64,000 nucleotides of DNA from Nanobdellota archaeon (GTDB lineage Archaea; Nanobdellota; Nanobdellia; CSSed11-243R1), in the NCBI GenBank assembly GCA_021162365.1, contig JAGGYW010000014.1, forward strand, positions 2,518 to 66,517. Direction: 5' to 3'. The notes beneath the pieces are model-generated. The model made no database searches. It had not been told where the DNA came from and worked only from the letters and a program-made list of their open reading frames with translations. Positions 10,233 through 19,466 of this stretch are shown in pieces. The stretch's first letter is position 1, and each line of letters begins with the position of its first letter. Made by a program: the position numbers and the translations under genes.

Positions 10233-11706
10233 ACTAACTCCGCGGATATATCAAGAAAAGATATTTGCTACAGCTACAAAACAAAACACATTAGTAATTC
10301 TTCCCACTGGGCTCGGGAAAACAATAATTGCCCTCATGCTCGCAGTTCACAGACTAAAAAAAATTCCTGGCTCAAAAATCCTTTTTCTTGCACCAACAAA
10401 GCCCCTATGCGAACAGCACAAAAAAACATTTGAAAAAAATATAGATGAGGGAAACTTCACAGTATTAACTGGAGCAAAAAAACCGGATGAAAGAAAAAAA
10501 CTTTGGGAAAACTCAACTTTCATATTTGCCACGCCGCAAACAATTACAAATGATTTAATAAGTGGAAAAATAAATTTTAACAACGTATCATTAATCATAT
10601 TTGACGAAGCACACAGGGCTGTCGGGAGTTATGATTATGTCTTTCTTGCAAAAAATTATATGAAGCAATCGAAAACACCACTCATTCTTGCACTTACTGC
10701 AAGCCCGGGAAGCGAGAAAGAGAAAATAAACGAAATCTGCAACAATCTCTTCATTAAAAAAATCGAAGTGAGGGACGAAAAATCCCCTGATGTAAAACAA
10801 TATGTGGAAAAAATGAGTGTAGAAAAAATCTTCATCGACCTCCCTGAAAGCCTGAAGGAACTTAAGGAACTCTTTGAAAAAGCTCTAAAAACACGTCTAA
10901 AGGAATTAAAAGATGCAAACATCATCCAGACATCAGATATAACTAAAATCAGAAAAAGAGATATGTTGCAACTCCAGGGAAAACTGGTTGCTACCAAAGA
11001 GCCTGCTTTCTTTAAATATGTTTCAACAGTTGCTGCATGCACAAAAATACTCCACTGTCTTGAGCTACTACAAACGCAAGGAATAAAACCGCTCGCAAGA
11101 TTTTTAGAAAAACTAAAAGGCCAGTATTACAGAGTAAAAGCGACAAAACAGCTTATGAATGACACAAACTTCAGAGAGGCAATGGCAAGAACATTTGAAC
11201 TTGAAACAAAAGGGATTGAACATCCAAAATTCGGCAAGCTTTTAGATATAATCTCCCCAAATGAGAAGACAATTGTTTTTACAAACTACAGAAACACTGT
11301 TGACAGGATAATTGAATTTCTACAAACAAATCCAGAATTAAATCCAACAAAGTTTATAGGCCAAAAGCAAGGGATGAGCCAAAAAGAACAAATAAAAATA
11401 CTTAGCGAATTCAAAGATGGGGTGTACAATGTATTAGTTAGCAGCAGCATCGGCGAGGAAGGATTAGACATCCCAGAAGTTCAAAAAGTAATCTTTTTTG
11501 AGCCGATACCAAGCGCGCTAAGAGCTATACAAAGGCGTGGAAGAACAGCAAGGCACGCTCCAGGGAAAGTAATCTTACTCATAACCAAAGACACAATAGA
11601 TGAAAAATACTATTGGGTCTCATTCCACAAAGAAAGAAGGATGAAAAAAGTAATAGGAGAAATAAAAGAAAATGGAAAACAACAAAGAAAACTCGAGGAA
11701 TTCTGA
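10222..11706 (+). CDS. hef: Hef/FANCM-type SF2 DEAH helicase (helicase part only)
   Basis: LPTGLGKT, FDEAH, LTASPG, EEGLDIP, QRRGRTAR motifs. Confidence 0.9.
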   Translation: MKLKLTPRIYQEKIFATATKQNTLVILPTGLGKTIIALMLAVHRLKKIPGSKILFLAPTKPLCEQHKKTFEKNIDEGNFTVLTGAKKPDERKKLWENSTFIFATPQTITNDLISGKINFNNVSLIIFDEAHRAVGSYDYVFLAKNYMKQSKTPLILALTASPGSEKEKINEICNNLFIKKIEVRDEKSPDVKQYVEKMSVEKIFIDLPESLKELKELFEKALKTRLKELKDANIIQTSDITKIRKRDMLQLQGKLVATKEPAFFKYVSTVAACTKILHCLELLQTQGIKPLARFLEKLKGQYYRVKATKQLMNDTNFREAMARTFELETKGIEHPKFGKLLDIISPNEKTIVFTNYRNTVDRIIEFLQTNPELNPTKFIGQKQGMSQKEQIKILSEFKDGVYNVLVSSSIGEEGLDIPEVQKVIFFEPIPSALRAIQRRGRTARHAPGKVILLITKDTIDEKYYWVSFHKERRMKKVIGEIKENGKQQRKLEEF

Positions 11707-12349
11707 AGTGAAAATAATTGTAGACACGCGAGAGCTCAGAAGCAATGTAGTTAAAAAGCTCTACGAGCTTGGGGCAAAAATAGAAAGCAGCCAACTACAA
11801 GTTGGGGATTTTATATTATCTGACAGAGTTTGTGTCGAAAGAAAAACTGTAAAAGATTTTTTACAATCTATAATCGATAAAAGATTATTCAACCAGATCT
11901 CCAACCTTTCCGAGAATTTTGAAAAACCAATTATCATTGTTGAAGGAATTGAAGATATATACACCGAAAGGATGATCCATCCAAATGCAATAAGAGGTGC
12001 TATTGCATCTCTCGCGATTGACTTCAGGATACCAATCATACAAACTACAGGAGAAGAAGAAACTGCACTATTCCTTTTCATGATTGCAAGCAGAGAACAA
12101 TTAGACAAAAAAATTTCTATATCATTACGGGGAGAAAAGAAGCCACTTAGTGATAAACTACTACAAGAGTATATTGTTTCAAGCTTCCCAGGAATTGGAA
12201 GGGAAATTGCCCAAAACCTCTTAAAACATTTTAAATCAATAAAAAATATTGTCAATGCAGATGTAAAAGAACTAAAACAAGTTGAAAAGATTGGCGACAA
12301 AAAAGCAAAAAGACTCAAAGAAATAGTTGAGAAGGAATATGAAAAATAA
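11672..12349 (+). CDS. ERCC4/XPF nuclease with HhH2 domain (Hef nuclease part)
   Basis: IIVDTRE, GDFIL, VERKT..DF motifs; C-terminal PGIG and EKIG HhH motifs. Confidence 0.9.
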   Translation: MENNKENSRNSEVKIIVDTRELRSNVVKKLYELGAKIESSQLQVGDFILSDRVCVERKTVKDFLQSIIDKRLFNQISNLSENFEKPIIIVEGIEDIYTERMIHPNAIRGAIASLAIDFRIPIIQTTGEEETALFLFMIASREQLDKKISISLRGEKKPLSDKLLQEYIVSSFPGIGREIAQNLLKHFKSIKNIVNADVKELKQVEKIGDKKAKRLKEIVEKEYEK

Positions 12350-13490
12350 AAAATATATAATTGTTGGGGTCGACCCGGGAATAACAACAGGATTATGTGC
12401 AATAGACCTAGATGGAAAAATCTTAAAACTATACAGCTCAAAAAAGATGGGCTTTGAAAAAATAGTTGGATGGATAAATGAAGTCGGAGTGCCAATTGTG
12501 ATCGCATGTGATGTTGAAGTGCCACCACAGCTTATCAAAAAACTAAGTATGCAACTAAAAACAAAAATCTATCATCCTCCACACGACCTAAAAGTCGGAG
12601 AAAAACAAAGAATCACTGAAGATATACCAACTAAAGACGACCATCAAAGAGATGCTTGTGCGGCAGCACTTTTCGCATTCAAAAAGTACCAATCTCTCTT
12701 CAAAAAAGTTGACTCCTTCTTAAAAAAGATTGGAAAGGAAGAAAAAGGAGACGAAGTCAAAAAGAAACTGCTGTTTAGAGAAGCAAAGAACATAAAAGAC
12801 GCCCTCAAGGAGAAAGTCGAGGAGGTAAACCTGCAAAAGAAAAAAAGAGTAAAACACTTGGAGAAAGAAAACGAGGCCACGGTCTTAAGAAAAGAGATTA
12901 CATACTTACGCAACAAATTAGACGAAATAAAAACTGAGCTGAAGAAAGAAAAAGGGAAAAACAGAGAACTAAGAGAAAAACTTTCTCTGAAAAAATCCAA
13001 TAAAGAGCTCCTCCAACTTGCTGATAAAAGAAAAAGCGTGATTTCTTCTTTAGAAGAAAAGATATTAAAAATGAAAATTGAAATCTCCAAACTAAGAGAA
13101 GAACTGCAAAGAAAAAATGAAGAAGAAAGGATTCTCAAAAAATATGACTGCTATATCATTAGGGAGATTAACAATCTAAGCGAAAAGGAAGCAGAAAAGA
13201 TTAAAGATGAGTTTGGCGATGTGATTTTAGTTAAAAACCTAACATTACCAAGTAAAAGTGTGGCACACCTACTAAAAAAACAACACATAAACATAATTAT
13301 ATACGAAAAAGGTAAAAAATTAGCAGACAAGCTGACAAAAGATGGTTTCACCCTAATCAATTCAAAAGAGATTAAGATACAAGAGAAGAATAATATCAAA
13401 TTCGTTCTTAAGGAAGAGGTGGAAAAGGCAATAAAGAGTGCAGAAATAGTTGAGAAGATTATTGAGGAATACAGGTCAAAAAGGCACTAA
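12339..13490 (+). CDS. DUF460 family protein (RNase H-like fold plus coiled coil)
   Basis: IVGVDPGITTG, IACDV, DHQRDA motifs. Confidence 0.8.
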   Translation: MKNKKYIIVGVDPGITTGLCAIDLDGKILKLYSSKKMGFEKIVGWINEVGVPIVIACDVEVPPQLIKKLSMQLKTKIYHPPHDLKVGEKQRITEDIPTKDDHQRDACAAALFAFKKYQSLFKKVDSFLKKIGKEEKGDEVKKKLLFREAKNIKDALKEKVEEVNLQKKKRVKHLEKENEATVLRKEITYLRNKLDEIKTELKKEKGKNRELREKLSLKKSNKELLQLADKRKSVISSLEEKILKMKIEISKLREELQRKNEEERILKKYDCYIIREINNLSEKEAEKIKDEFGDVILVKNLTLPSKSVAHLLKKQHINIIIYEKGKKLADKLTKDGFTLINSKEIKIQEKNNIKFVLKEEVEKAIKSAEIVEKIIEEYRSKRH

Positions 13491-13524
13491 GATTTTATAA
13501 AGAAGTAATGATGATAGATAGTTG

Positions 13525-14418
13525 ATGTTAAACGAAAAAGAATCTCGCGTCCTAGAAATAATCCAAAGAAGGGGCCCAACCCTCCCCATTGACATAGCTA
13601 AGGAACTTGGGATGGAAACGTTTCTCGCCTCTGCAATTCTTTCAACTTTGATAAACAAGGGGTATATCAAAATCTCGCACAGGAAGGTTGGTTCTTCACC
13701 ACTTTACTATGTAAGTGGACAGGAGCAACAGGTTAGAAACAAGCTTTACCCAGAACTAAATGAATTGGAGAAAAAAGCTCTTGCAAGGTTAAAAGAACTG
13801 CGAGTGGCATTCAGGGAAGATTTATACCCTCAAGAAAGGGTCCTCCTCTCAGAATTAAGGGATTTCGTGGATTACCTCCAAATAAAAAAGGATGACAAAG
13901 AATTCTTCTGCTGGAGACATTATTCTGTAACAGATGAGGAATTTAACCAAATATTAAAGGAAAGGTTAGAGCCTGAGAAGATTAGAGAAGAAGTTGAAAA
14001 AGAAGTAAAGGAAGTACTAAAAGAAGAAAAGCAAGAGATAAAAGAGATAAAGTTAACACCACAAGCTCCAAAAAAAAGAGTGAAAAAAACAACAAAAACA
14101 ATATCCAAGAACGCATTCGACAAAAAGGTGACAGAGTATCTGCAAAAGATTGGCGCAGAAATAATTTCGGAGGAAGTGGGGAGAACAGAATCAAATTATA
14201 TAATTTTACTTAATACTTCTATAGGTCCACAGAAGTTCTTAGTGAAATCAAAGAGCAAAAAGAGCATCAGCGAAGGGGATGTATCTAAGTTATATGTAGA
14301 AGCAACCTCAGCAAAGCTGCCAGCGATTTTAATAACACAATCAACACCAAGCAAAAAAGTAATGGATTACATCTCAAAGAACTTTGGCGGATTGATAAGA
14401 ATTATGACATTAAAATAA
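13525..14418 (+). CDS. Hypothetical protein with N-terminal winged helix
   Basis: GPTLPIDIAKELG..FLASAILSTL..KVGSSPLYY; C-terminal alpha/beta domain. Confidence 0.7.
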   Translation: MLNEKESRVLEIIQRRGPTLPIDIAKELGMETFLASAILSTLINKGYIKISHRKVGSSPLYYVSGQEQQVRNKLYPELNELEKKALARLKELRVAFREDLYPQERVLLSELRDFVDYLQIKKDDKEFFCWRHYSVTDEEFNQILKERLEPEKIREEVEKEVKEVLKEEKQEIKEIKLTPQAPKKRVKKTTKTISKNAFDKKVTEYLQKIGAEIISEEVGRTESNYIILLNTSIGPQKFLVKSKSKKSISEGDVSKLYVEATSAKLPAILITQSTPSKKVMDYISKNFGGLIRIMTLK

Positions 14419-14441
14419 AAAGAAAAAAAGAAGAAGCTCAA

Positions 14442-14570
14442 TTACTTCTTCTTTCTTTTTGTTGTTTTCTTCTTAGTTGTTTTCTTTTTCTTGGTTGTCT
14501 TTTTCTTGGTTGTCTTCTTTTTCTTTGTGGTTTTCTTCTTCTTTGTGGTTTTCTTTTTCTTAGCAGCCAT
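14442..14570 (-). CDS. Lys/Thr-rich histone H1-like small basic peptide (42 aa)
   Basis: MAAKKKKTTKKKKTT...KRKKK; SD GGAGG 7 nt before ATG 14570; repeats use varied synonymous codons. Confidence 0.7.
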   Translation of the reverse strand: MAAKKKKTTKKKKTTKKKKTTKKKTTKKKKTTKKKTTKRKKK

Positions 14571-14738
14571 TTTCATCCCTCCGACTCTCCAACCAAAATC
14601 ATTAGTTGAAGGTCTGTTTAAGTAATTATTTATAGTAACTTTTGATTTAAAAACATTTTTCTTTCCCAAGCGAGCTGAGAAGTCACCAATTTCCCATAAA
14701 GTATAACATTTATATACTTTAAATACATTACATACATT

Positions 14739-14864
14739 ATGAAAACAACCATAACCATCTCAAAAAAAATATATGAAAAACTCATAAAGAAAAAGATGAG
14801 GATGTCATCAAAGGTTGGAAGACCAGTTACATGGGATGAATTCTTCGAGAAGAAGGTAAAATAG
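14739..14864 (+). CDS. Small ribbon-helix-helix / antitoxin-like protein (41 aa)
   Basis: Below the ORF-track cutoff; MKTTITISKKIYEKLIKKK...VTWDEFF matches the RHH strand-helix-helix pattern; TATA-like TTTATATA upstream. Confidence 0.55.
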   Translation: MKTTITISKKIYEKLIKKKMRMSSKVGRPVTWDEFFEKKVK

Positions 14865-14867
14865 TGA

Positions 14868-15025
14868 TAGCGGGGGGTGGATTTGAACCACCGACCTCCG
14901 GGTCTCCCACTTAATTCCTTTTCCGTACACGCTTTGCGCGAAGCGGAAAGGGTGTTATGAGCCCGGCGACCACTCCAGGCTAGTATGGGTTCCCCAACAA
15001 AACCTTATCGAGGATCTACCCCGCT
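14868..15025 (-). tRNA. Initiator tRNA-Met(CAT) with two introns (14985-15015 at 10/11; 14904-14955 at 37/38)
   Basis: A1-U72 acceptor AGCGGGG/CCCCGCT, GGG/CCC anticodon stem, CTCATA loop; BHB helices GGGT/ACCC and CTCA/TGGG; 75 nt after splicing. Confidence 0.92.
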
Positions 15026-15470
15026 ACCTGGATAAACCCGGGCTACTTTACAGGAATAATGTTCTGCATTTTTAAAGCTTGTGGAAATTCTTAATCTCCA
15101 AACAATACCAAACGGGGATTTAGAACTCCACAGCTTAGTGTATTTCACATCATGGACATCACAATATTTCATTATAGTCCTTAGAATATTTTTATGTGAA
15201 ACGCTTATATTCTTTGTTGATTATATCAAACAACCATTTAGAATTTACTCTAAGGTATACCGCATCGACTCTCTTATCTTTCACGACAAATGGAGTTAAT
15301 CCTAATCTCTTTAAAATCCCAGCTGCCCTATTCATAATACAAACGTCTCGTTTAGAATTAAAGCAGAACTCGACCCTGTAATGTCTATCTCGCACAGAAT
15401 GATAAGAATAACCATACCCAATAAATAAACCAACAATATACCCCAACTCAATTTGAGATACCCCTATCAT
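15005..15470 (-). pseudogene. Degenerate LAGLIDADG homing endonuclease
   Basis: LGYIVGLFIGYG motif (catalytic D replaced by Y); ORF stops at 15192; a different frame continues ISVSHKNILRTIMKYC...WRLRIS to a stop at 15005, inside the tRNA gene. Confidence 0.7.
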
Positions 15471-15473
15471 TTT

Positions 15474-16787
15474 CTAAAAACTAATTCCGAGCTTGAAAAC
15501 TGCATCATACGCCGGAGACATAAATGATTTTATGTACTCGCCCGCTTCTTTGCTTTCCCACCACTTTCTTCCAAACTTACTAGTCAATCTCTTTGAAAGC
15601 CACTTCATGTGCATCTCCGCTACAACATAGCTCGGCGCATAAATTGCAAACTCAGAAAGAATATGGTGGAATACCCAATAATCTTCTGGAAGAGAAATCC
15701 CAACAAATCTTTTTACCAAAGAGGAATATGTGCTACCAATTTCATCAAAATTTATCTCTCCTTTCCAGTACTTGAGTTTAACAAGAGAGTTAGCTGCATA
15801 AAAAGTCAAAAAGTTTGCATTAGCAAAATCGATCTTACTCTGTAACTGTTTGTCATATGCATCTATGGATTTCAAATAAATTTTGTTCGTAGCGATGGAC
15901 TCAAACAATTCAGAAAAAGTTTCTGCAACCCCGCTTTGGACAGCGTATCTTTTCCAGAATGGAATTTTAGGATCCATACTAACTGCGTGGGCCGCATGCC
16001 CAAACTCATGAAATGCAGTCTCAAACATCCTAAATCCACCAACAGGTTTATATGAAACCCTAACGTCATATGGTGGATCCGGCCAGAAACAATAAGCAAA
16101 GCCAAATTTATTCTTTCTATCCTTATCATCAACTAGTATCCTCTTAAATGGAAATCCCATATTCTTGTAAATTTCCTTCACATACTTCTTAGGTTCTAGA
16201 TTAAAATTCACATTTCTGTAGATAACTGAACCAATGTAGTAATATTCATTCCAATAATCTTTAGAAACACCAAGCTCATTCCAAACTTTACTTATCTTGC
16301 TTTTATGCTTACGACCAAGAGCAGCTATTTTCTTGAATATGCCCTCAGAAAGATTTTCTTTAAACAAATAAGAACCAAGAACATCTTCACTATATTTATA
16401 ATAAACTTCTTTTATTTTTTCAAAACGCTTTTTTATTATTTCCTTAAGTTTGTCTCCCTTTTTCACAAATGCATCTAAAACTTCTTTTCTCTCTTCTTCA
16501 TTAGAGGTGGGTAACCACATCTTCCAATTAGCATAGCTCACCCCTTTATGTCTTATCTTCGCTCTTACTTTTATTTGCTTTAAAAACAAATTTGTCTGCG
16601 CATAATCAGCCACATTCCCAAGGAGCCACAGTTTCAAATGCCTATCTTCTACTTTCTTTAAAAGTTGCTTTGACTTAACAGCAAGCTCACTTTGATACTC
16701 TTTAATTTTCTCTTCATCATACTTAAATCCAGAATACATTCTAAAATGCTGAATTGAAATTCTCCTGCAGAGCTCCTTAATGTTCAT
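15474..16787 (-). CDS. Gluzincin metallopeptidase (M3/M32-like)
   Basis: FHEFGHAAH and downstream AETFSELFE motifs. Confidence 0.75.
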   Translation of the reverse strand: MNIKELCRRISIQHFRMYSGFKYDEEKIKEYQSELAVKSKQLLKKVEDRHLKLWLLGNVADYAQTNLFLKQIKVRAKIRHKGVSYANWKMWLPTSNEEERKEVLDAFVKKGDKLKEIIKKRFEKIKEVYYKYSEDVLGSYLFKENLSEGIFKKIAALGRKHKSKISKVWNELGVSKDYWNEYYYIGSVIYRNVNFNLEPKKYVKEIYKNMGFPFKRILVDDKDRKNKFGFAYCFWPDPPYDVRVSYKPVGGFRMFETAFHEFGHAAHAVSMDPKIPFWKRYAVQSGVAETFSELFESIATNKIYLKSIDAYDKQLQSKIDFANANFLTFYAANSLVKLKYWKGEINFDEIGSTYSSLVKRFVGISLPEDYWVFHHILSEFAIYAPSYVVAEMHMKWLSKRLTSKFGRKWWESKEAGEYIKSFMSPAYDAVFKLGISF

Positions 16788-18070
16788 CCTATCACTTGCA
16801 CATCTTCAAACAAAATTGGCGGCGAAACAACATTACCTTCTTGACGATGTTTGTTGCCTACAAACCTAACTTTACTTAATGCCTCGAACAAATTAAAACT
16901 TATCATTGCTTGTTTTACGGGGTACTTGATTTCACCATTCTTAACATAAAAAACATCCTCCACTCCAACAGAGCAGTCACCAGTTATCTTGTTTATCAAA
17001 TGAGTACCAATAAGGTCTCTCACAAGCAACCCTTCTCTTATTTCAGAGATCATATCTTCTTTAGAGATTCTGCTTTTTTTAATAACAAAATTTGTGGGTG
17101 CCACATTAGGTAAAATATCTATACCTCCAGAATCGCCAGTGCTCTTTACCCCATCTTTCTTAGCTGAAAAATTGTCATACAAGAAGTTCTTTAAAACGCC
17201 TTTTTCAAAAACTGTGGTTTTCTGGCGTCTTTCACCCTCCCCATCAAATGGGGAAGAAAACAATCCCTTCGCCAACACCCCATTATCATAGATTGAAATT
17301 GCATCAGAAAATATTTTTTCACCCAACTTTCCAACAAACCTACTACGCTTCGACTGAACATTGCTTGCCAAAACAGCAGGTATTATTACGGATTCCATTA
17401 AATCAGAAACTGCAAAATAATCAAATAACACATCTCCTTTGAAGTGTGTTATCTTCTTTGCACCTATTTTCGATTTCAAGAGATTTGATGCAGACCTACC
17501 CACCTTAGATGGATTGAACATATTATGAGATGTGTGAAAATCGTATGCATTCACTTTTGAATTGCTTACTTCTATAGAAGACGAAAATTCACTTTCCTTA
17601 TGTGTGAGATAAACTCCATTTGAATTGGCAAAAGATGTTTCTTGAATTGCAGTAGAAACAGATGCATTTGGCACATTAAATTCATTATGCACTGCGCCTA
17701 CAAGTTCCTCACCAAAAGCAAACAACTTACTTGGTGTTATGGAACTAACTTCAGGAGAATAAACACCACTCACCTTTGTTGTTTTCTTTGGAGTCGTAAG
17801 TGGAATGTTTACCTCCATTTCTTTCGAAACTTTCATTATCTTAGCTGCGGATAACACTGCCTCCTTCCAGTTGTTTAAATCGGTTGTTGAAGAATAACCA
17901 AATTTCCTACCTTTTGAAATCCTTACTCCAAGGGACACTTCTTCTCCATCGACAAAGCGGAGCACCTTTCTATTTGAATAAATCAACTCAGAAGTCCTTT
18001 CTCTTTCTAAGATAACAGTTACATCCCCAAATTTCTCTCCATAGTTAATTATCTTATTTAGTTCCACCAA
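16784..18070 (-). CDS. tldE: TldE/PmbA family protein
   Basis: SSPFDGEG, GVLKNFLYD, STG motifs; no HExxGH. Confidence 0.85.
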   Translation of the reverse strand: MVELNKIINYGEKFGDVTVILERERTSELIYSNRKVLRFVDGEEVSLGVRISKGRKFGYSSTTDLNNWKEAVLSAAKIMKVSKEMEVNIPLTTPKKTTKVSGVYSPEVSSITPSKLFAFGEELVGAVHNEFNVPNASVSTAIQETSFANSNGVYLTHKESEFSSSIEVSNSKVNAYDFHTSHNMFNPSKVGRSASNLLKSKIGAKKITHFKGDVLFDYFAVSDLMESVIIPAVLASNVQSKRSRFVGKLGEKIFSDAISIYDNGVLAKGLFSSPFDGEGERRQKTTVFEKGVLKNFLYDNFSAKKDGVKSTGDSGGIDILPNVAPTNFVIKKSRISKEDMISEIREGLLVRDLIGTHLINKITGDCSVGVEDVFYVKNGEIKYPVKQAMISFNLFEALSKVRFVGNKHRQEGNVVSPPILFEDVQVIG

Positions 18071-19427
18071 CCATCGCCTCTGAAATCATTATGTGTGGTG
18101 CTGCGCCACCCACAGGGACCATCTGCCCGTTTTTGCCACATCTCCATCCACCAAAAGAAGGTCTTTGATCATTCCCTATTCTCTCTATTTTCATAAGTGT
18201 CTCAAGAATATTTCCTCCAAAAGAAACACCAAGCAACGGCTTTGTTATTTCTCCTTTCTCAATAAGGTATGCCTCCCTAGCATTAAACAAGAAGTTGCCT
18301 GTCGTTGGTTCAACAACACCACCCATTGAATTTTTTGCATAAACACCATACTTAATTCCTTCAAATAATTCTTCAAATTTATAATCCCCATTCGCGAGAA
18401 CAGTATTACTCATTCTTGGAATCTGTAAGTTAGATGCATTTTGTGCCCTGCCATTTCCCGTGGGTTTCATGCCCAGCTTGCTGGCAGTTTCGATAGAGTG
18501 GAGATAGTTGACAAGCTCCCCATTTTTGATAAGCTGTGTATTCTGGGCTTTGACACCCTCATCATCAAACATGTAAAAGCCATGCTCGTGCTTTATCTTT
18601 GGAGTGTCATACAAATTTAGAAATTCGGGAGCTATCTGTTTTCCTAATTTACCAACTAACACAGAACTTTTTTCAATTATGGAATCTGCTTCTGTTGCGT
18701 GCCCAACTGCTTCATGAAAGAAAACATGAGTTAACACAGGATCAACTACAAGAGGGAGTCTACCAGCTGGTGCTTTTTTTGCAACAAAAGAAACTTTAAG
18801 TTTTTCTTCTAACTCATTTATTAATTTTGAAAAGTCTGTTTTCAAAAAAAGCTTGTAATCTCCCACTTTACCTATCCTTTCAAAAGACTGCCTTAACTTA
18901 TCTCTTTTCTTCCCAGTCAGATTGATAAGGAAATTAAAATAAGGTCTTGCTTCATAAACATCTGCTCCAAAAGAGTTAACATACTTTTGTTCTCTTAATA
19001 TAAACGCAGCTTCTATACCCTTATTTTTAAGCTCCTTTAGACTAAATTCATTGTAAAGTTTGAGCATTAGCGCCAACTTATCTTCTATATCAACATCAAA
19101 TGGAGATTTCCCCTTAAACTCAACCTTTGCCTTAGATACAGGAACATTTTCAATTGAAAATTTGTCTGCATCCCTTGCAGAAACTTTTGCTGCTCTAAAT
19201 GCATTTTCAAACAGCTTGTGGAGATTATTTTCGTCATTTGTGTATGCAAAACCCCACGCACCCTTGTAAAATACTCTCACACCTATCTGTTTTGAGGATA
19301 AACTTTGAATTGATTTAACAGAAGAATTTTCCGTAACAATTGCTTCTGCCTTTTGATTAAGAACACGAACATCAATAAACTCTGCGCCTTTGCTCTCAAA
19401 CTTCTTCATTAATGCTCTGTAATTCAT
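18054..19427 (-). CDS. tldD: TldD metalloprotease
   Basis: FHEAVGHATEAD, FDDEG, TGNGRA, PRMSNT, CGKNGQ motifs; start moved to MNYR. Confidence 0.9.
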   Translation of the reverse strand: MNYRALMKKFESKGAEFIDVRVLNQKAEAIVTENSSVKSIQSLSSKQIGVRVFYKGAWGFAYTNDENNLHKLFENAFRAAKVSARDADKFSIENVPVSKAKVEFKGKSPFDVDIEDKLALMLKLYNEFSLKELKNKGIEAAFILREQKYVNSFGADVYEARPYFNFLINLTGKKRDKLRQSFERIGKVGDYKLFLKTDFSKLINELEEKLKVSFVAKKAPAGRLPLVVDPVLTHVFFHEAVGHATEADSIIEKSSVLVGKLGKQIAPEFLNLYDTPKIKHEHGFYMFDDEGVKAQNTQLIKNGELVNYLHSIETASKLGMKPTGNGRAQNASNLQIPRMSNTVLANGDYKFEELFEGIKYGVYAKNSMGGVVEPTTGNFLFNAREAYLIEKGEITKPLLGVSFGGNILETLMKIERIGNDQRPSFGGWRCGKNGQMVPVGGAAPHIMISEAMVGGTK

Positions 19428-19466
19428 AAAAAGAATGAGAAAAAACACATTTAAAATTGTTTCCAC

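Noticed and set aside
11761..12528. Long antisense ORFs (for example 255 aa here, and others opposite cdc48, smc and dnaG)
   Set aside because: Ser/Phe/Leu-rich mirrors of Lys/Glu-rich sense genes, with no independent coding evidence
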